Below, one piece after another: positions 1 to 16,360 of a DNA stretch of 64,000 nt. Positions within the stretch are counted from its first letter, which is position 1. Every line of letters begins with the position of its first letter. The notes below the pieces were generated by a model that was given only the letters and a program-made list of their open reading frames with translations, had not been told where the DNA came from and did no database searches. The translations under genes were made by a program, and so were the position numbers. This stretch comes from Takakia lepidozioides (taxonomy: Eukaryota; Plantae; Bryophyta): assembly GCA_030704615.1 (NCBI GenBank), contig CM060733.1, positions 186,001-250,000 of the forward strand, read 5' to 3'.

Positions 1-1
1 A

Positions 2-199
2 AAGGACGAGAGCGATGCATTGCTGGGATTTCTGTTTGCGCATGCTACAAAGCCCGAATTCACAGTGAGATGGAGATGGCAAGCCAATGATGTGGCCTTC
101 TGGGACAACTGCATATTGCAGCACTACGGCGTGGCCGATTACCTTCCGCATCGCCGCATCATGAACCGCGCCACCATCCTGGGAGACAAGCCCTTCTGA
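2..199 (+). CDS. tauD: 3' end (partial) of a TauD-like Fe(II)/2-oxoglutarate taurine dioxygenase
   Basis: Manual frame-2 translation [65 protein letters not shown] closely matches the C-terminus of E. coli TauD, including equivalents of the third Fe ligand His255 and of Arg266/Arg270. TGA at 197-199. Confidence 0.88.
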   Translation, partial: KDESDALLGFLFAHATKPEFTVRWRWQANDVAFWDNCILQHYGVADYLPHRRIMNRATILGDKPF

Positions 200-386
200 T
201 CATCAACGCCTTCCACACCACCCCTCCCATACACCATCTGCACTGCACTGACATACACAGAAATGTATGCAACTACTTAGAAAAAGATGGATGGATGGAT
301 GCCAGACCACTTCTAAACCACTTCTAAACTTAGCTGGAATAAGGAGCCAGGCATATAGCAATAAAGTAAGAAGCAAATGTAGATCA

Positions 387-540
387 ATTACACTCCCTTC
401 CATGTACCATAGTGTAACCCCCAGTGAAGTTACACTCCCCGCCGTATATCCTGGTGTAACCCCGAGTGGGTTTATGGTCTCCGCCGTGAAACCTGATGTA
501 GCCCTTAGTGGAGTTACACTCCTTTCGGTTCCATGTCACT
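387..540. repeat. Degenerate 42-bp-period repeat (~3.5 units) with palindromic GTGTAAC-N10-GTTACAC core
   Basis: (G)TTACAC at ~387, 429, 513 (degenerate at 471) and GTGTAAC at 412, 454 (degenerate at 496). Confidence 0.6.
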
Positions 541-2139
541 CAGAGAGAGGGTGGGGAAGATTTGACATGCCAAAAGGCAGCGTATGTCCTGTGCATTAAG
601 TTCTTACATTAATCCTAGTGTTCTCCCTTATATAATTGTCTAAGTTTTGGGTTATGGTGGTGTGGTGCTATGATAGCTGTTGGAGCCAAGGGTCGGGATC
701 AATATCACATGAGCAGAGCATGAGCATGCTCATGTGAGCACAACCCACATTCATGGGGGTTTTATGTTTTTAAACTGCGGTCACATGAGCTATATGTTTT
801 CAAAACGGAATAAAACCATTGGCGGATACTTCATAAACTTCATATACTTTGTGGTTCATAGTTGAGAATTGTTCTCTTCTCCTGTACAGAATACATATGT
901 ACTGCCCTATTGCGAGAGATGCTTGGGCCAAAGTTCTAAGTTTCTATGCTGCTTGTTTCCATGCAGCTTCAGTGCCTTATGGATTGTTCTTGTGAAGGCT
1001 ACTTGGTTCCTTGCCTAGTAGTTCATGTTCTTTCCTCATAGTTGGCATTCCTTGCCTCTCCTGCCTCAAACGTTTGGCATCTGCAAGAGAGTAAATGAAA
1101 ATCATGTTGTCTTCCTATCATGCTTCCTCCAGCACCCCCTTTTCAGCTGTATGAGCTATATTCTTTTATTATATGCTTTTAGTGAGTTGAATAGTTGTTG
1201 TAGTCCTTGTGCTGAGGCTGGTTTGCATTAGTCAGCCAAAAGAACTTCAATTGTGAACGTGTAACATCAAAAATGCTTGTAACAAGTAGTGAAAAGTAGC
1301 TGGTACAGCTTGAAAGTTACATGCAGGCCCTATCAACAAACGTCGCTAGGATGTGAGCACCATCCAACTATATTATACTCGTCTTCTAAAGTGGCGTTGC
1401 CCTTTAACAGCAGTGCCTGATCTGCGGCCAAATTGTGGGATTAGCAGCAGAAAATCAACCTTTGGAATGATTTCAATACCATCAACCAATAACATCCCCA
1501 CTGCCGAAAGGGTGCAAGCACTGTTACAGTTCCAATGTGGGTTGCAAAGTGCCTGGTGGAAGCATCTCCCCTTCGAATCCTCTTACAGGATCAAGTACGT
1601 AACATCAACTCTCCTCGACATTATTGCAGACCAGCAGAGTTATACAATTTCTGATACAATTTTATTTGCATCAGAGGCGACCCAGATCATATAGTCCCTG
1701 CACCTTTGTTCACCAACTTTCAAAATCTTGAGGTCTTAGTCTTGGCCCTGGTCATCAAGCCTTGGTCCTGTTGGGAACTGAACAATCCTAGTTGTGAACT
1801 GAAACTGGCACTCATGAGTTCAATCACTTTATCTGAGTTCGTACACACACTTCACAGCACAATGCCTTCATGAGATGCGGTATGACTGATGAATTTGGTG
1901 TGCCTACGGGGCCCTTACAAAGTTCAGTATTTATTTGAGAAGTGAGCCAATGGACTGGGCAAGCATCAACTTGTGTAGAAAGCTTAATAAGCATGAAGTG
2001 CTGATTGGATTATTGCTGGTGAGACACCGCCAGTATCCATGCTCAGACTGCATATTTCATGCATTGACATCATCACAAGCTAGTTTCACATTGGTATGTA
2101 GTGCTTGGTTGCTAGCGAAAGAAAAATTATTCCTCACAA

Positions 2140-3107
2140 AAACCTTGGCAGCACATTGATGGGATGTTCTCTGTCTCTATCCAACTGTGCAGAGGGATCA
2201 ACTTTGAAGTAAAAAAAACCATGCTTTGCCGCGTTATCAGGCCGGCCTTGGAGTATGCATCTGCTGTATGGGTTGATAACTCCAACCAGGCTAAGTCTCT
2301 TGAATCCATCCAAGTCGGGGTGCTCAAGGAGTGTTAGTCAGCATGCTCCAAAACAGCTAATGTGGCTGTTCGGGGTGGGTTTGGCATTCCTCCCTTAAGC
2401 TCCCGACACGATGAATTCAAAATCAGATGGTGGGGTCAGCTGCAACGTATGCTAATAGCAGATATCCTAAGTTAATCGACTCTATATCTTGGAAGTAGGA
2501 CCGCCCTGTCAAACAGGCTAAATCCTGGCGGAAAATGTCTGAAGAAAATGAAGTTAGGCAGAAAAATTCCCTCAACCTGTTTCCAGTCTGTGACATGGGT
2601 GAGGCCATCATGGATGACCTCAAGGGTCTACCCACCCTCGGCACTAGACTGAAATTCAAACTCAGGGCGGGTAGCCTACTTTTGAACAACAAACAGTCGC
2701 AGAGAGGAAAGGGGGATTGTAAGTGCCGGTTGTGTGGGCAACCTGAAGACAATATTCACTTCCTGATTCATTGTCCTGGGTACTCTCACCAAGGGGACAC
2801 CCTCTTCCATTCCATCAAGGAAATTGTGCCTGTACCTCTATTTAACAACTTCGAAAATCTTGAGGCTGAGCCAAAAGCCCAGGCCCTTTTGGGGTCTAGC
2901 TATTGGGCAAATCACACACATCAGATTGATGCTTGTGTGAAGGGATTTCTGGAGGATATATGGAAATCTCGGATCAACTGTTTATTCCAAGGTAAATCAT
3001 ACTACCTGCGTCAGCCCCTGACAAAGGTAGTTTCTGTCCCTTTATGTTCCGTTCAAACTGGGCGCGGGGTCAATGGCCACAAGGCTACGGCAAACAATGT
3101 CTTATGA
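2140..3107 (+). mobile_element. 5'-truncated, internally deleted non-LTR retrotransposon 3' fragment (RTE-X-like; same family as 22950-27555)
   Basis: RPALEYASAVW and ANVAVRGGFG motifs, plus the C-terminal CCHC finger CRLCGQPEDNIHFLIHCP in ORF 2535-3107. Clear nucleotide homology to the minus-strand array. Confidence 0.8.
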
Positions 3108-3114
3108 GTACAAT

Positions 3115-3526
3115 CCATCCAACTGTGCCACCTTTGGCAACTTGTTTTCTCACATTTTTGTTGTATATCAGCAACATCAACCGACCTCCCACGACATTGA
3201 TTCCAGCACTTTAATCAATGACACACCTTCAGTTGGCAGGGCCCTGATCCTATGCTCCCACATTTCGCATACATTGAAACAAGGGCAGTCTCCAGGATAG
3301 TACCTACCACGATTCCAGCTTTGACGATGTCAACATGGACCTCTTTGCCGTTTTCTAGAGCTGCCAGGCTGGCACAAGCACTGAGAATGCAACTGAGGGT
3401 GACCTCATTGGGCGTCACCCCTTCACACATCATTTGCTCATAGGTCTCCAAAGCCTCACTACGACACCCCTGCTGAGTGTATCCTACTATCATTGAATTC
3501 CATGAGACAACATTTCGTTCAGTCAT
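3115..3526 (-). pseudogene. PLS-class pentatricopeptide repeat (PPR) gene fragment
   Basis: RNVVSWNSMIVGY...PNEVTLSCILSACASLAALENGKEVH...TALVSMYAKCGS is a typical P-L-S triplet. The frame degenerates afterwards and abuts the LINE fragment. Confidence 0.8.
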
Positions 3527-4521
3527 ATGCCATCAGCCGGGTGGTCTGATCTGTGAAATGTTGGTGCTGACACGCAGCTGGCCTTCCACCTCCACATGCT
3601 CAATCACCGCCACCTCTTGGAGTAGGAGTTGTTGTAGGTTCTGTTCAGTCATTACCATCATTCCCAAGCCAGACCTTTTTGTACATGATTCTGAATAGAG
3701 TCTATCCCTGCAACCTCTTGCATCCTCATCAATCACTTTTTCTAGGTTCTTGTGCCATGCGAGAATGATGTTGTGTGCCCATCATACAGTCATTAAGGTT
3801 AAACTTTACTTTACATGCCTTGTGACTAGTGACCAGCTTGTACCCCCTTTTGATGGAGCAAGAAAGGGGCCTGAAGAGGAAGGCAGACTGGGGAGGAGAA
3901 GAACAGATTTGGAATTCATAACGTCCACGGAAAGCTCAAAGAGCTTATGAGAAAAGAGAAAGCATTAAACAAGAAAGAAATGAGCTTCCGAAGTGACCTG
4001 CAGGCACAGTCGAGGAGTTCCAAAATGACGAGCTCCCTCTTCCCTCTTCCCTGCAGGTTTCACAATCGAGGAGTGGAGGAGCTCCCTCTTCCCTGTTCAG
4101 AGTCGAGGTTGAGCTGACGAGCTCTAGACGGCCATAGCCGGTGGGGGGATGGTGCAAGACGGGCGGGCAGCCCGAACTATTATTTTTTTAGCGATCCAGT
4201 TAACAAACTGCGCGCGGCAGTTTGTAAGCGGGCAGGTGCGGCCGCCGCCCAATTTCCTGCCATAGCTGCTAGCTAGCAGGCACGGTAGCGTCGGCTACTG
4301 GCCCACTAGCTAACAGGCAGGTGCGGCCGGGGCCTTAAATAACTACATGTTCCCAATAAGTATGATGGGAACAAGCGAACAAAGCAGGATAGTCTGACCC
4401 AGGCAAATTAAGGAAGGAAGGAGGGCAGGGTAGCAACGGCAGTTCAAAGGCCTGCACTTCTTCTTCTCGTTTGTGCGGGGCTGCAGCCAGCAAACTTCTG
4501 TGAGGGAGCTGTTGAGCAGGC

Positions 4522-8372
<3,851 letters not shown>

Positions 8373-9012
8373 TTGAGACGAAAAATAATAATGAAAAAAC
8401 TTTGTATATGGCATTTATCCATTCCCAATGCTGCCTTGGTTTGGGTGGGCAGGGTGCTTTTACCTGTATGCCTTGTCCAGTTCTGTTTGTGCAACTCAGT
8501 CACTCAATCATTGAAGTTGGACACATCATAAAAGTGGACTTAAAACGCACGGGATATTGGTAGGTACACAAAGAAACTTTTCCTGGAAAAGCCATGGGGG
8601 ACCTCCAACTTCATGTTCCTTTCTATATAGTTGCCCCATGCCAAGATTCACATGAACTAACCACGAAATCCTGAGGCCATGTTGTTTGCCAACATTTGTC
8701 CACTGGCTTCACTTTCCATTCAATTCCAGTTTTGTCACTGCACCCTCAGACATTCTGCCTGGCTTTCCCAGTTTGCCATTGCATCATACACTTCACTTTG
8801 TCCATACTCTCCAAGCTCAAAACACACATTATCAGTGCTCCAAATGCATTCTGAGTAAAAGAGGCATCAATGAGTCTACTGAGGAAGCACTGACTCGGTT
8901 GTTTTGCCAGCAATATTTTCTATGGGATCCAGTGTGCTCTGTAGAGGTTAACAGTTAAGAGGTCCCCCTCAGAAGCAGGCTGAATGAATACAAAGCTGCT
9001 AATAGATGGGTA

Positions 9013-10061
9013 GGGAATTCCAAAAAGGCCTTGATGTGAAATGCATCGCAATTCACTTGATCACCCCCTAAAAGTGCACAATTCAATTGAATTGCAACGG
9101 GCAATTCAATTGAACTAACCCTCATTTGCAATTCAATTGAATTGTCAACTCGCAATTCAATTCAATTGTAATCTATAATTTTTAACTTATTTCTGTATAT
9201 TATATATATATATGTATATATTTAAATTATACATATATACATACACAGGTATAAGCTAAAAATATATGTTGCCCGTCTATTCTTGCTGTCCGTCTGTCAA
9301 TCCTTTGCCCGTGGTAAGGCTTGAGCCCAAGATAAGCCTAAGGGAGAGCGAGAGAGGGAGAGAGAGAGAGGGGAAGTCACGAAGCGCTTGTAAAAGCGGG
9401 ATTGTCTCTCTTTGTGGATGTTGGTGCCAATATACAGCTATGTACATATACCAAACATGATACCAATGTAAGAGTATCAACATGTAAGAGTTTGATATAT
9501 TAAACTTATATAGAACACACATCCCAACTTCAACATGATACCTTTGTAAGGGTATCGAAATTTTTGATAATTCTCAAGATGAACATATTTTTTGTTTTCT
9601 TTATCCTGGGTCAGATACTAGTGTTAGGGGACTACATGGTGATGCAGGGGAAGCCTTTCATCAATTGTCAGGTTTGATTTTGTCTGTTTCTTTCAGAGCC
9701 AGCCATGTTTCTTTTGCCAGTGAATCACAAGAAGCTGCTGATCTGTCTCCGTCTCTGGCTCTCCCTATCTCGCTGAGGCTGAGACAACTCCACAATTTCC
9801 TCAAGGGCACAAGAAAGAGGGCCAGCAAGAATAGACGGGCAACATGTATTTTTAGCTTATACTCTTATATGTGTATAAATATAATTTGAATATATACATG
9901 TACATATATATTATATATTGTATACAAAAATAAGTTAAAAATTATAGATTACAATTGAATTGAATTGCAAATTAGGGTTAGTTCAATTGAATTGTGCACT
10001 TTTAGGGGGTGATCAAGCGAATTGCGATGCATTTCACATCAAGGCCTTTTTTGGAATTCCC
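9013..10061. mobile_element. Non-autonomous foldback DNA transposon with long (~250-280 bp) terminal inverted repeats and TA flanks
   Basis: TA|GGGAATTCCAAAAAGGCCTTGATGTGAAATGCATCGCAATT... mirrors ...AATTGCGATGCATTTCACATCAAGGCCTTTTTTGGAATTCCC|TA. Inverted homology continues inward to ~9290/9830 (GTTGCCCGTCTATTCTTGCTG vs CAGCAAGAATAGACGGGCAAC). Confidence 0.85.
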
Positions 10062-10296
10062 TAGTCGGACTATAGACTCGCTCAGGGCGAGAAAGATGAT
10101 TGAGAACACTGCATGCATCGTCAGGCCTCACCTAAGCCCCAGTTTCCATTGGACTAATGAATCTTTGTAATCTCTGCAGATTCCAGGGTAGGTATCTCCT
10201 TCCCTGAGTGCTTAGGACTCACAGGTGGAGTTGGGTGGCGCTTTTAGTTAGTTAGTTAGTCTGGGGTTGTTTGAGCATCCGAAATCACTTCCTCGG

Positions 10297-12560
10297 ATGA
10301 TGGCGTGCGTACCAGGAAGGCGGGGTGTGGTGTTGTGTGTGATCGGCTTTCTTGTGCTACATTTAGCTGGTGGGTATCTCCCCTTCGTTTTGATTCTCTT
10401 CAATTATCTCCTTCCTTCCTGTACTGGCAGCGAGATTGTTTGTGTCTCTCTGTCTCTCTGTAGTTGCAGAAACTGTCGCCAATCAATTGATGCCTTACAG
10501 GCCTTCAATTGGTTTGCAATGGTTACATTTCGTTGCTTATGGTGGTGGGTTAAGCAATTTCAAATGCGATGGTCATGGCGCCGGCACACGAGTGCGTGCC
10601 GAATTGCAAGCTCACAAACTTTTGGGGGTTCACGAAGCAAAGACTGACCAATGAGGGCCCGAAGTGCGCCTGATCTTCCGCTGTTCCAAACTTGGTTTTC
10701 ACTCAATTTCTCTTGTAGACATTCTTCAACACCAGGTCACACATAGTGCGGGGCTACGATTATCGCTGCTGCTCACAGATAGTTACGTTACATGGCGGAC
10801 ACAGACCTAGTTTTGAGACCACTTTGTCCAAATTCGGGCCATTTCTGTGAGTTCTGCTCATTGATCAGCGCAGACGTCGTGCATCGTCTCTTGCGGGGAT
10901 GAGTTTACTGTGCGAATCTGCTGTAGTTGTAGGGCACCTGAAAGCACGTCAATAACGCCCCAATGAAGGCAATCGATCCTGCCTGCGTTCAGGCACTCAG
11001 TCTGTCAAAATTGCAACTACAGGTCGTCTTCTTCTCTAAGTCATACCTTGTACTTAATGTCCTTGTTGTCCCTCACTTGCCGAGAAGGGTGATAACGTGG
11101 GACCAATGCACGTCATGGAGGGATACAGGAAGGGATACGGTCAAACTTGTTTATTTGGTGGGATGTGTTTGGCTGGGGCCGGGTTCTGTTTGCCTCAAAT
11201 TACTGGTCAGCTCTGCTTTAGATCCACAATCTTTAATCGAATGTTCCACCCCTTGAGCAGAGTGCCCATTGAAAACAGGCTGACAGCAGAACCTAACCCG
11301 ATAACCCAATATAAGGCAATACTTGGTGATGGTGGAACTGGAGGTGATGCTTGCATCTCACTGTCCATTGCTTGGATGGGATTGGTTCTTGCCACCTCTG
11401 TTTTAACATTTTTGTGGGGTCTCAACACCATACATCTAACCAGCATCTGATTTTCATCTAACCCATTGCAGCACAGCAATCACGACAATTTTTGGGCAAA
11501 GAATTAGCCTCAAAAACTGGAGAATTCTCCTGTGGCGACTGCTTTGACCTTGGATTTGGATCAATGGCCTGCTTGGGAAAAGCTGGAGGTAAGCTATTCA
11601 CTTACAACATACGAGCAAGCATTGTTGCGAGAGCAAAGAACCAGGCTTATAACATGGCCTACCAGTCTGCCCTGTCAGAAGGTCTTGCTGTGAATGAAGT
11701 GGGGATACAGGCGCAAAAAGCAGCCGAAATAGCTGCAAAAGCAACTTCAAAGAAAGCACAGCGTATATTTGGTCCCCTACTTGCAGCTGCCTGGGACGCA
11801 TTTGAAGTGATGTATAGTGGGGGCACTATTGTGGAGGTATCTATGCGATCAACAGGCACACTCTGTGGAGCATGGATGGGGGGATTGCAGGTACTCCACT
11901 GCAACTGCATACTAGTTCGTTTGTCAGTGTGTGCACATCTCTCGCACCTAAGTGCAGATATCCACAAGAAATTTGCACAAGTATAGTTGTGTGTGCATCC
12001 TGTGGAGACCATGAAGATTTGAATCTCTCAGGCTGATGGGCTGAAAGCCCAGTGCCGGCTCATAGGGACTGAGAACTGCTTGAATGTGGGTATCTGGCCA
12101 CGAAGGATATGCTCTATGATATGCTCCCTCCTTTCTACCGGAACGCCCTTAGAACAGTCTAGTTTGTAGAAAGAGTAACTGTTGAAGTAGCTTTTTTATT
12201 GCACACCAGCAATTTTCAAAACAGTCAGTGTCCTCATTGCAGGGTGAGAAGCAGATGGGACGAGCAGGCTACCTCGTGGGAAGCAAAGTTGGGGACTGGG
12301 TAGGAAGCAGGCTGGGACTTATGTTGTATGATATTGCCATGGCAGTGCAATTGCTTATGTCAGGGGCTCCAGAGGTCATGGGGATGGTTGACATTCATGG
12401 CAAAGAGATAGCCAGGGATTTGGTTTTGACAGAGGGAGAGGAGGTTGAAAGTGGGGAAGAAGAGATGGTCGAGGGGTTTGATAGCAGAGGTGGAGAGGAG
12501 AACATTAGCGGCTTGGACGAGCGTCAGGAAGAAGAAGAAATGTTCAAAGACGAGTTTTGA
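10297..12560 (+). CDS. Conserved plant protein of unknown function with an N-terminal signal/TM segment; exons 10297-10369, 10464-10511, 11472-11890, 12243-12560
   Basis: Phase-compatible GT-AG splicing gives MMACVPGRRGVVLCVIGFLVLHLA-VAETVANQLMPYRPSI-AQQSRQFLGKE...CGDCFDLGFGSMAC...KLFTYNIRA...GTLCGAWMGGLQ-GEKQMGRAGYLVGSKVGDWVGSRLGLMLYD, with an acidic tail. Confidence 0.75.
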
Positions 12561-15500
12561 GGGTCTCCAGGTCCTTGTAGGTCATTGAAATTGTGGAGTT
12601 TCCCTTTCCGTTTTTGTGGTGACCTTGCAAGGCATCACCTCATGGCTCCATCTGAGTTCAAACATATAGTGTTTATCATCGACCTCAGAAGTGGTTGGCA
12701 GTACAGGGACCGACAGGAGAAGAACAACCAACAGAGAGTTTAAGTCGGCAAGGAGCTTGAACTCTGACTGTGCCCTGGCTACCGGCTTTCTCTGCATTTC
12801 TTTAGTAGACTTAACCCAATTCCGCATGTGTATGCACTCAACCTGAGCATTTCAACAGTCAAAGATGTCGGAAAATCCACATTGAAATTCAAACTCCCAC
12901 ATCCAAGATGTACAACACACAGTTGATCCACACGGATTGCACACGAGACTGCTATCATGGTCTTGCTGTTGTACGACTTATTGGAGGCAGAACAGAGTCT
13001 GTGACCATCTTGCCATTGCTTGGTTCCTTGAGCACACTTTAGATTGTCTTTACTCAAAATCCAGTTTGGACAGGCTGCTCACCATGCCTCTCCTATTTTT
13101 TGCAATAGCAAGACTGAAGTCTTTGGGGCAATTGACCATCTGAGAAGGCTCACCAACGTCTTGTTGATGTTTTAGGAGCACCTGAGGTGATATCTCTTTG
13201 GCTCCAGATCTTCAACGTTTCTCCATCACCCTGGAGAAATATTGAAAGAATCTATGTGTCTCAAGTAACATCCTTGTTGGGTGGAGGGTGGTTAAAGTTT
13301 GTGGATGTACAGCTCTTTATGCTTCTTTTTAAATAGAGTACATTGCCTTGTTCATTAATTTTTTGGCCCGCCAGAGGGTCAAATCAACTACATCATGTCG
13401 GGTGTTGGTAAGTAGCCCTTTTCCCATGTGAGCTATGGTTGGGAAACCTGGAAAGTTGGTGCTCTGCTGTATATCTCATATGGTCTTCAGGCTCCCCATA
13501 GAAAGATTATATGAGGCCAGAGGCTCACGTATGGTTCAGAAGCCAAGCACGCATCTGAGATCAGTATTTTATCATGTTTTGCTTACAGTACTACTATTTT
13601 CTATGGTTGCTTGCTACAGCCATTCATGTAAGGAATATGGTCCACTAATAAGCACTAGAAAGAGAAACAGCCCAACTGGACTACCTATGCAACAAATCAT
13701 TACATGACTCACTCATAGTCCATAGTCTCAATTATTGGGAAGCAAAGACAGTAGACATTGGGTTGAGAGGGATTGGGAATAAGCACTCTTGAGCAAGGTA
13801 CAAGTTGAATGCATTTCAATTTCCTGCTCATGGAGTGTTGAAATTTGGCCATGTCTACCCAGGCAACGCTCCTGCAGCACGGCTAGTCTATTATCCCTAC
13901 TCTCTTTTGCCAGCATCAACTTATTTTCTCATAACAATCCACTATGAGGTTTTGGTATCTTGAGCATGTCAAATGAACCTCACCAGATTCGTACACCATC
14001 TGGAACAACTTCGTCGGCCTCCATCACCCTCATTGCTTGGTGATCTCCATCCCTTAAGCAACCTAGAACATTCTGTTCAGGTCTTTGTCACCTTATGTCT
14101 AGTCAGAAGGAGCACGAGCTCCTGGCTTGTTGTCTGATGTTCTTGTGTAACAAAGCATCAAGACAAGTTTGTATCTTATGCCTGAGAATCAACGACTCTC
14201 CAATGGTCACAAAGCCTGCAAAGACATGGCTTCCCTGAGCTGCACTGGAGAGCAAGCATATAGTCAGCCTTTGGGAGGCTTTCACACAGCCCTCACAACG
14301 CAACTTCTCTTGAGATATGAAAAGTGGCTCTCACTTTTTTCTAGGGCATCAAGACCTTCACCCTATAGGAGGAGTCGGGGGTCTAGAGAAAGGATACATA
14401 CTATTTCATATGAAAGAAACAGTACATGTCATCAAGGGAAGGAAATGTGATTCACAAGTAAGATGAGCAGTAATGAGAGGAGAGAAACCTCCTTGAAGTT
14501 CAACATGGCTGCTGCTGCACCTTTCCGAAGCCTCTCCCATTCTATTCACCTTTAGACCTGCTTCCCAACTAGTCAACTCTTTAGGTAATGACAGTCTGTA
14601 GCTGACAACTGTGTCTGTGTAGCCATCTTCCTCACTCTGCCTGTGCCTCTGGGTCCCATCATCATGATGCTTAGTACCCATGACTGTCCCAAACTGAGGC
14701 TGCCTTGGGTCAAGGAGAGCAACCCAGATTACCTGTGTGGGGTGCTTAGTAGCGATATCAACATATTTCCACTAGCACTCAGCATGTTAAGCTGACCAAG
14801 CATCCTACAGTCGAGTTCCCGCAAGAATAAGAAAGGATAACAATTAGAGAAAAAGAGTCAGACACTAAAAGAAATCGACCTGAGAAAACTCTCTTAAAGT
14901 TAGACAGGGAAGGAGTTGAAGAGACACCATTGCAGCTCTTGCCAAGGGGAATCAAGAAGGAAGTCGTACCAGCAATTGAGGAAATTCGACCTGGACAATG
15001 TGTGAAAACACACAAGGAAAAACTTGAAGAGACACCGTTGCAATTTCCCCAGTCAGGAAGGCATAAGAAATATATGCCCTCGAAGAGTCTTAACCCAAAC
15101 ACCAGTTTACAGAGTGGATCGTGCAGGCAATTTTGAAGAGACACCCGGCATAAATAAGAAAAACTCGAAGGCAAAGAAATACCATGACCTGGACAATGCT
15201 TGTGAACTGGGGTCGAGGAATCTGAAGGGACTCTGTCTGTCCAGCTGATAGGAAGGAAAAACTAGAAAAGACATGCGAACTGTTAAAAGCCAGAAATCAA
15301 AGAAACTGAACAAGTTTCTCCAAATTCTGTGTAGTCGATGAGAACGAACTTGAAGGTCACCGATGTGGTGTGCGCCCCCACCTGAACTACTTCAGAAGGC
15401 CTCAAAAGCAAAGAGAAGCCAACAGTTGGAAAAAATTCTAGATAAGGTATCTGAAGTAGACGAGGATGAAAATCAAGTGAAACAGTGGCGGTATAAGCCC

Positions 15501-16360
15501 TTGCCAAAACTAAACGAGACTGACTCACAAGTGAAGAAAACCAAGGAATTGGAAGGATCAATGCAAGTCATATTGAAATATTGAAGGCCAACATTCAGGA
15601 TAGTGAAGGAGGACCTCGCTGCAGAGATACAAGTTCACTCGGAAAACCTAAATCATCATAAGGGGCAGATTGGGATAGTGAACAATTCAAAAATTGTCTC
15701 AAGGGTTGAAACCCTTGTGAAAAGAAGTGAAACTGATAAGCACAATGCAGTTCATCTCAACTCCAATATTTCTATGACTAATACAAAATATTCAGTAAGA
15801 GGTTGCATATCAACTATAGTATATTCACCCTGTCCTTTCTTGCAGATGTCTTTCACTTGAATTATGCACCTGAAGCTGACTCTGACCAAGATTGATCACA
15901 CAATTTTTAACAGAGGGAGGGATAGTGAGCCAAAAACATGGTTGGGAATGGCAGGCGGGACAGAGAAAGAACCATAGGTCCGAGGGGTTTCTTGCTGTGA
16001 ATTACAGTGCAAACTGCACTGTTGTAGCAATTCAGTACCAAACTCATTACTGCTTCATGTACGGACCTTGGGCAAGTGCTTCACATTCTGCTGAGCGGTT
16101 AACTGTTAAAGATAAGGAAAGCGCATATCATTTGGTTGATTGAGGGGGCGAGAAAGGAAACATGCACCTGCGAGGAGTTGCTGCAGTCGACATGGTAAGA
16201 TCGTAAGAACCTTTCATGATCTGTCCCTTTGTCTGCAGGCCCCAGGGTTTAAGAGCTCATGAACGATTTGCTCTACCTGTCAACTGCAAGTTTGCAGCTT
16301 CAAAAGAACAGATGGCATGCTCTTTACTACACTCACTGAGGCATCTGCACCCACACCACC

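Noticed and set aside
387-540. CRISPR array
   Set aside because: Only ~3 degenerate repeats, short and partly similar spacers, eukaryotic context and no cas genes.
4160-4340. Structured ncRNA in GC-rich hairpins upstream of RPT2
   Set aside because: Short palindromes are compatible with promoter or TE-end sequence, and no RNA family features are recognisable.
11097-11450. Independent 117-aa ORF
   Set aside because: Lies within intron 2 of the 10297-12560 gene and has no recognisable motif.
12900-15860. Genes among short ORFs and GAAGAGACACC repeats
   Set aside because: Fragmentary frames with many stops; probably old TE remnants that I cannot classify.
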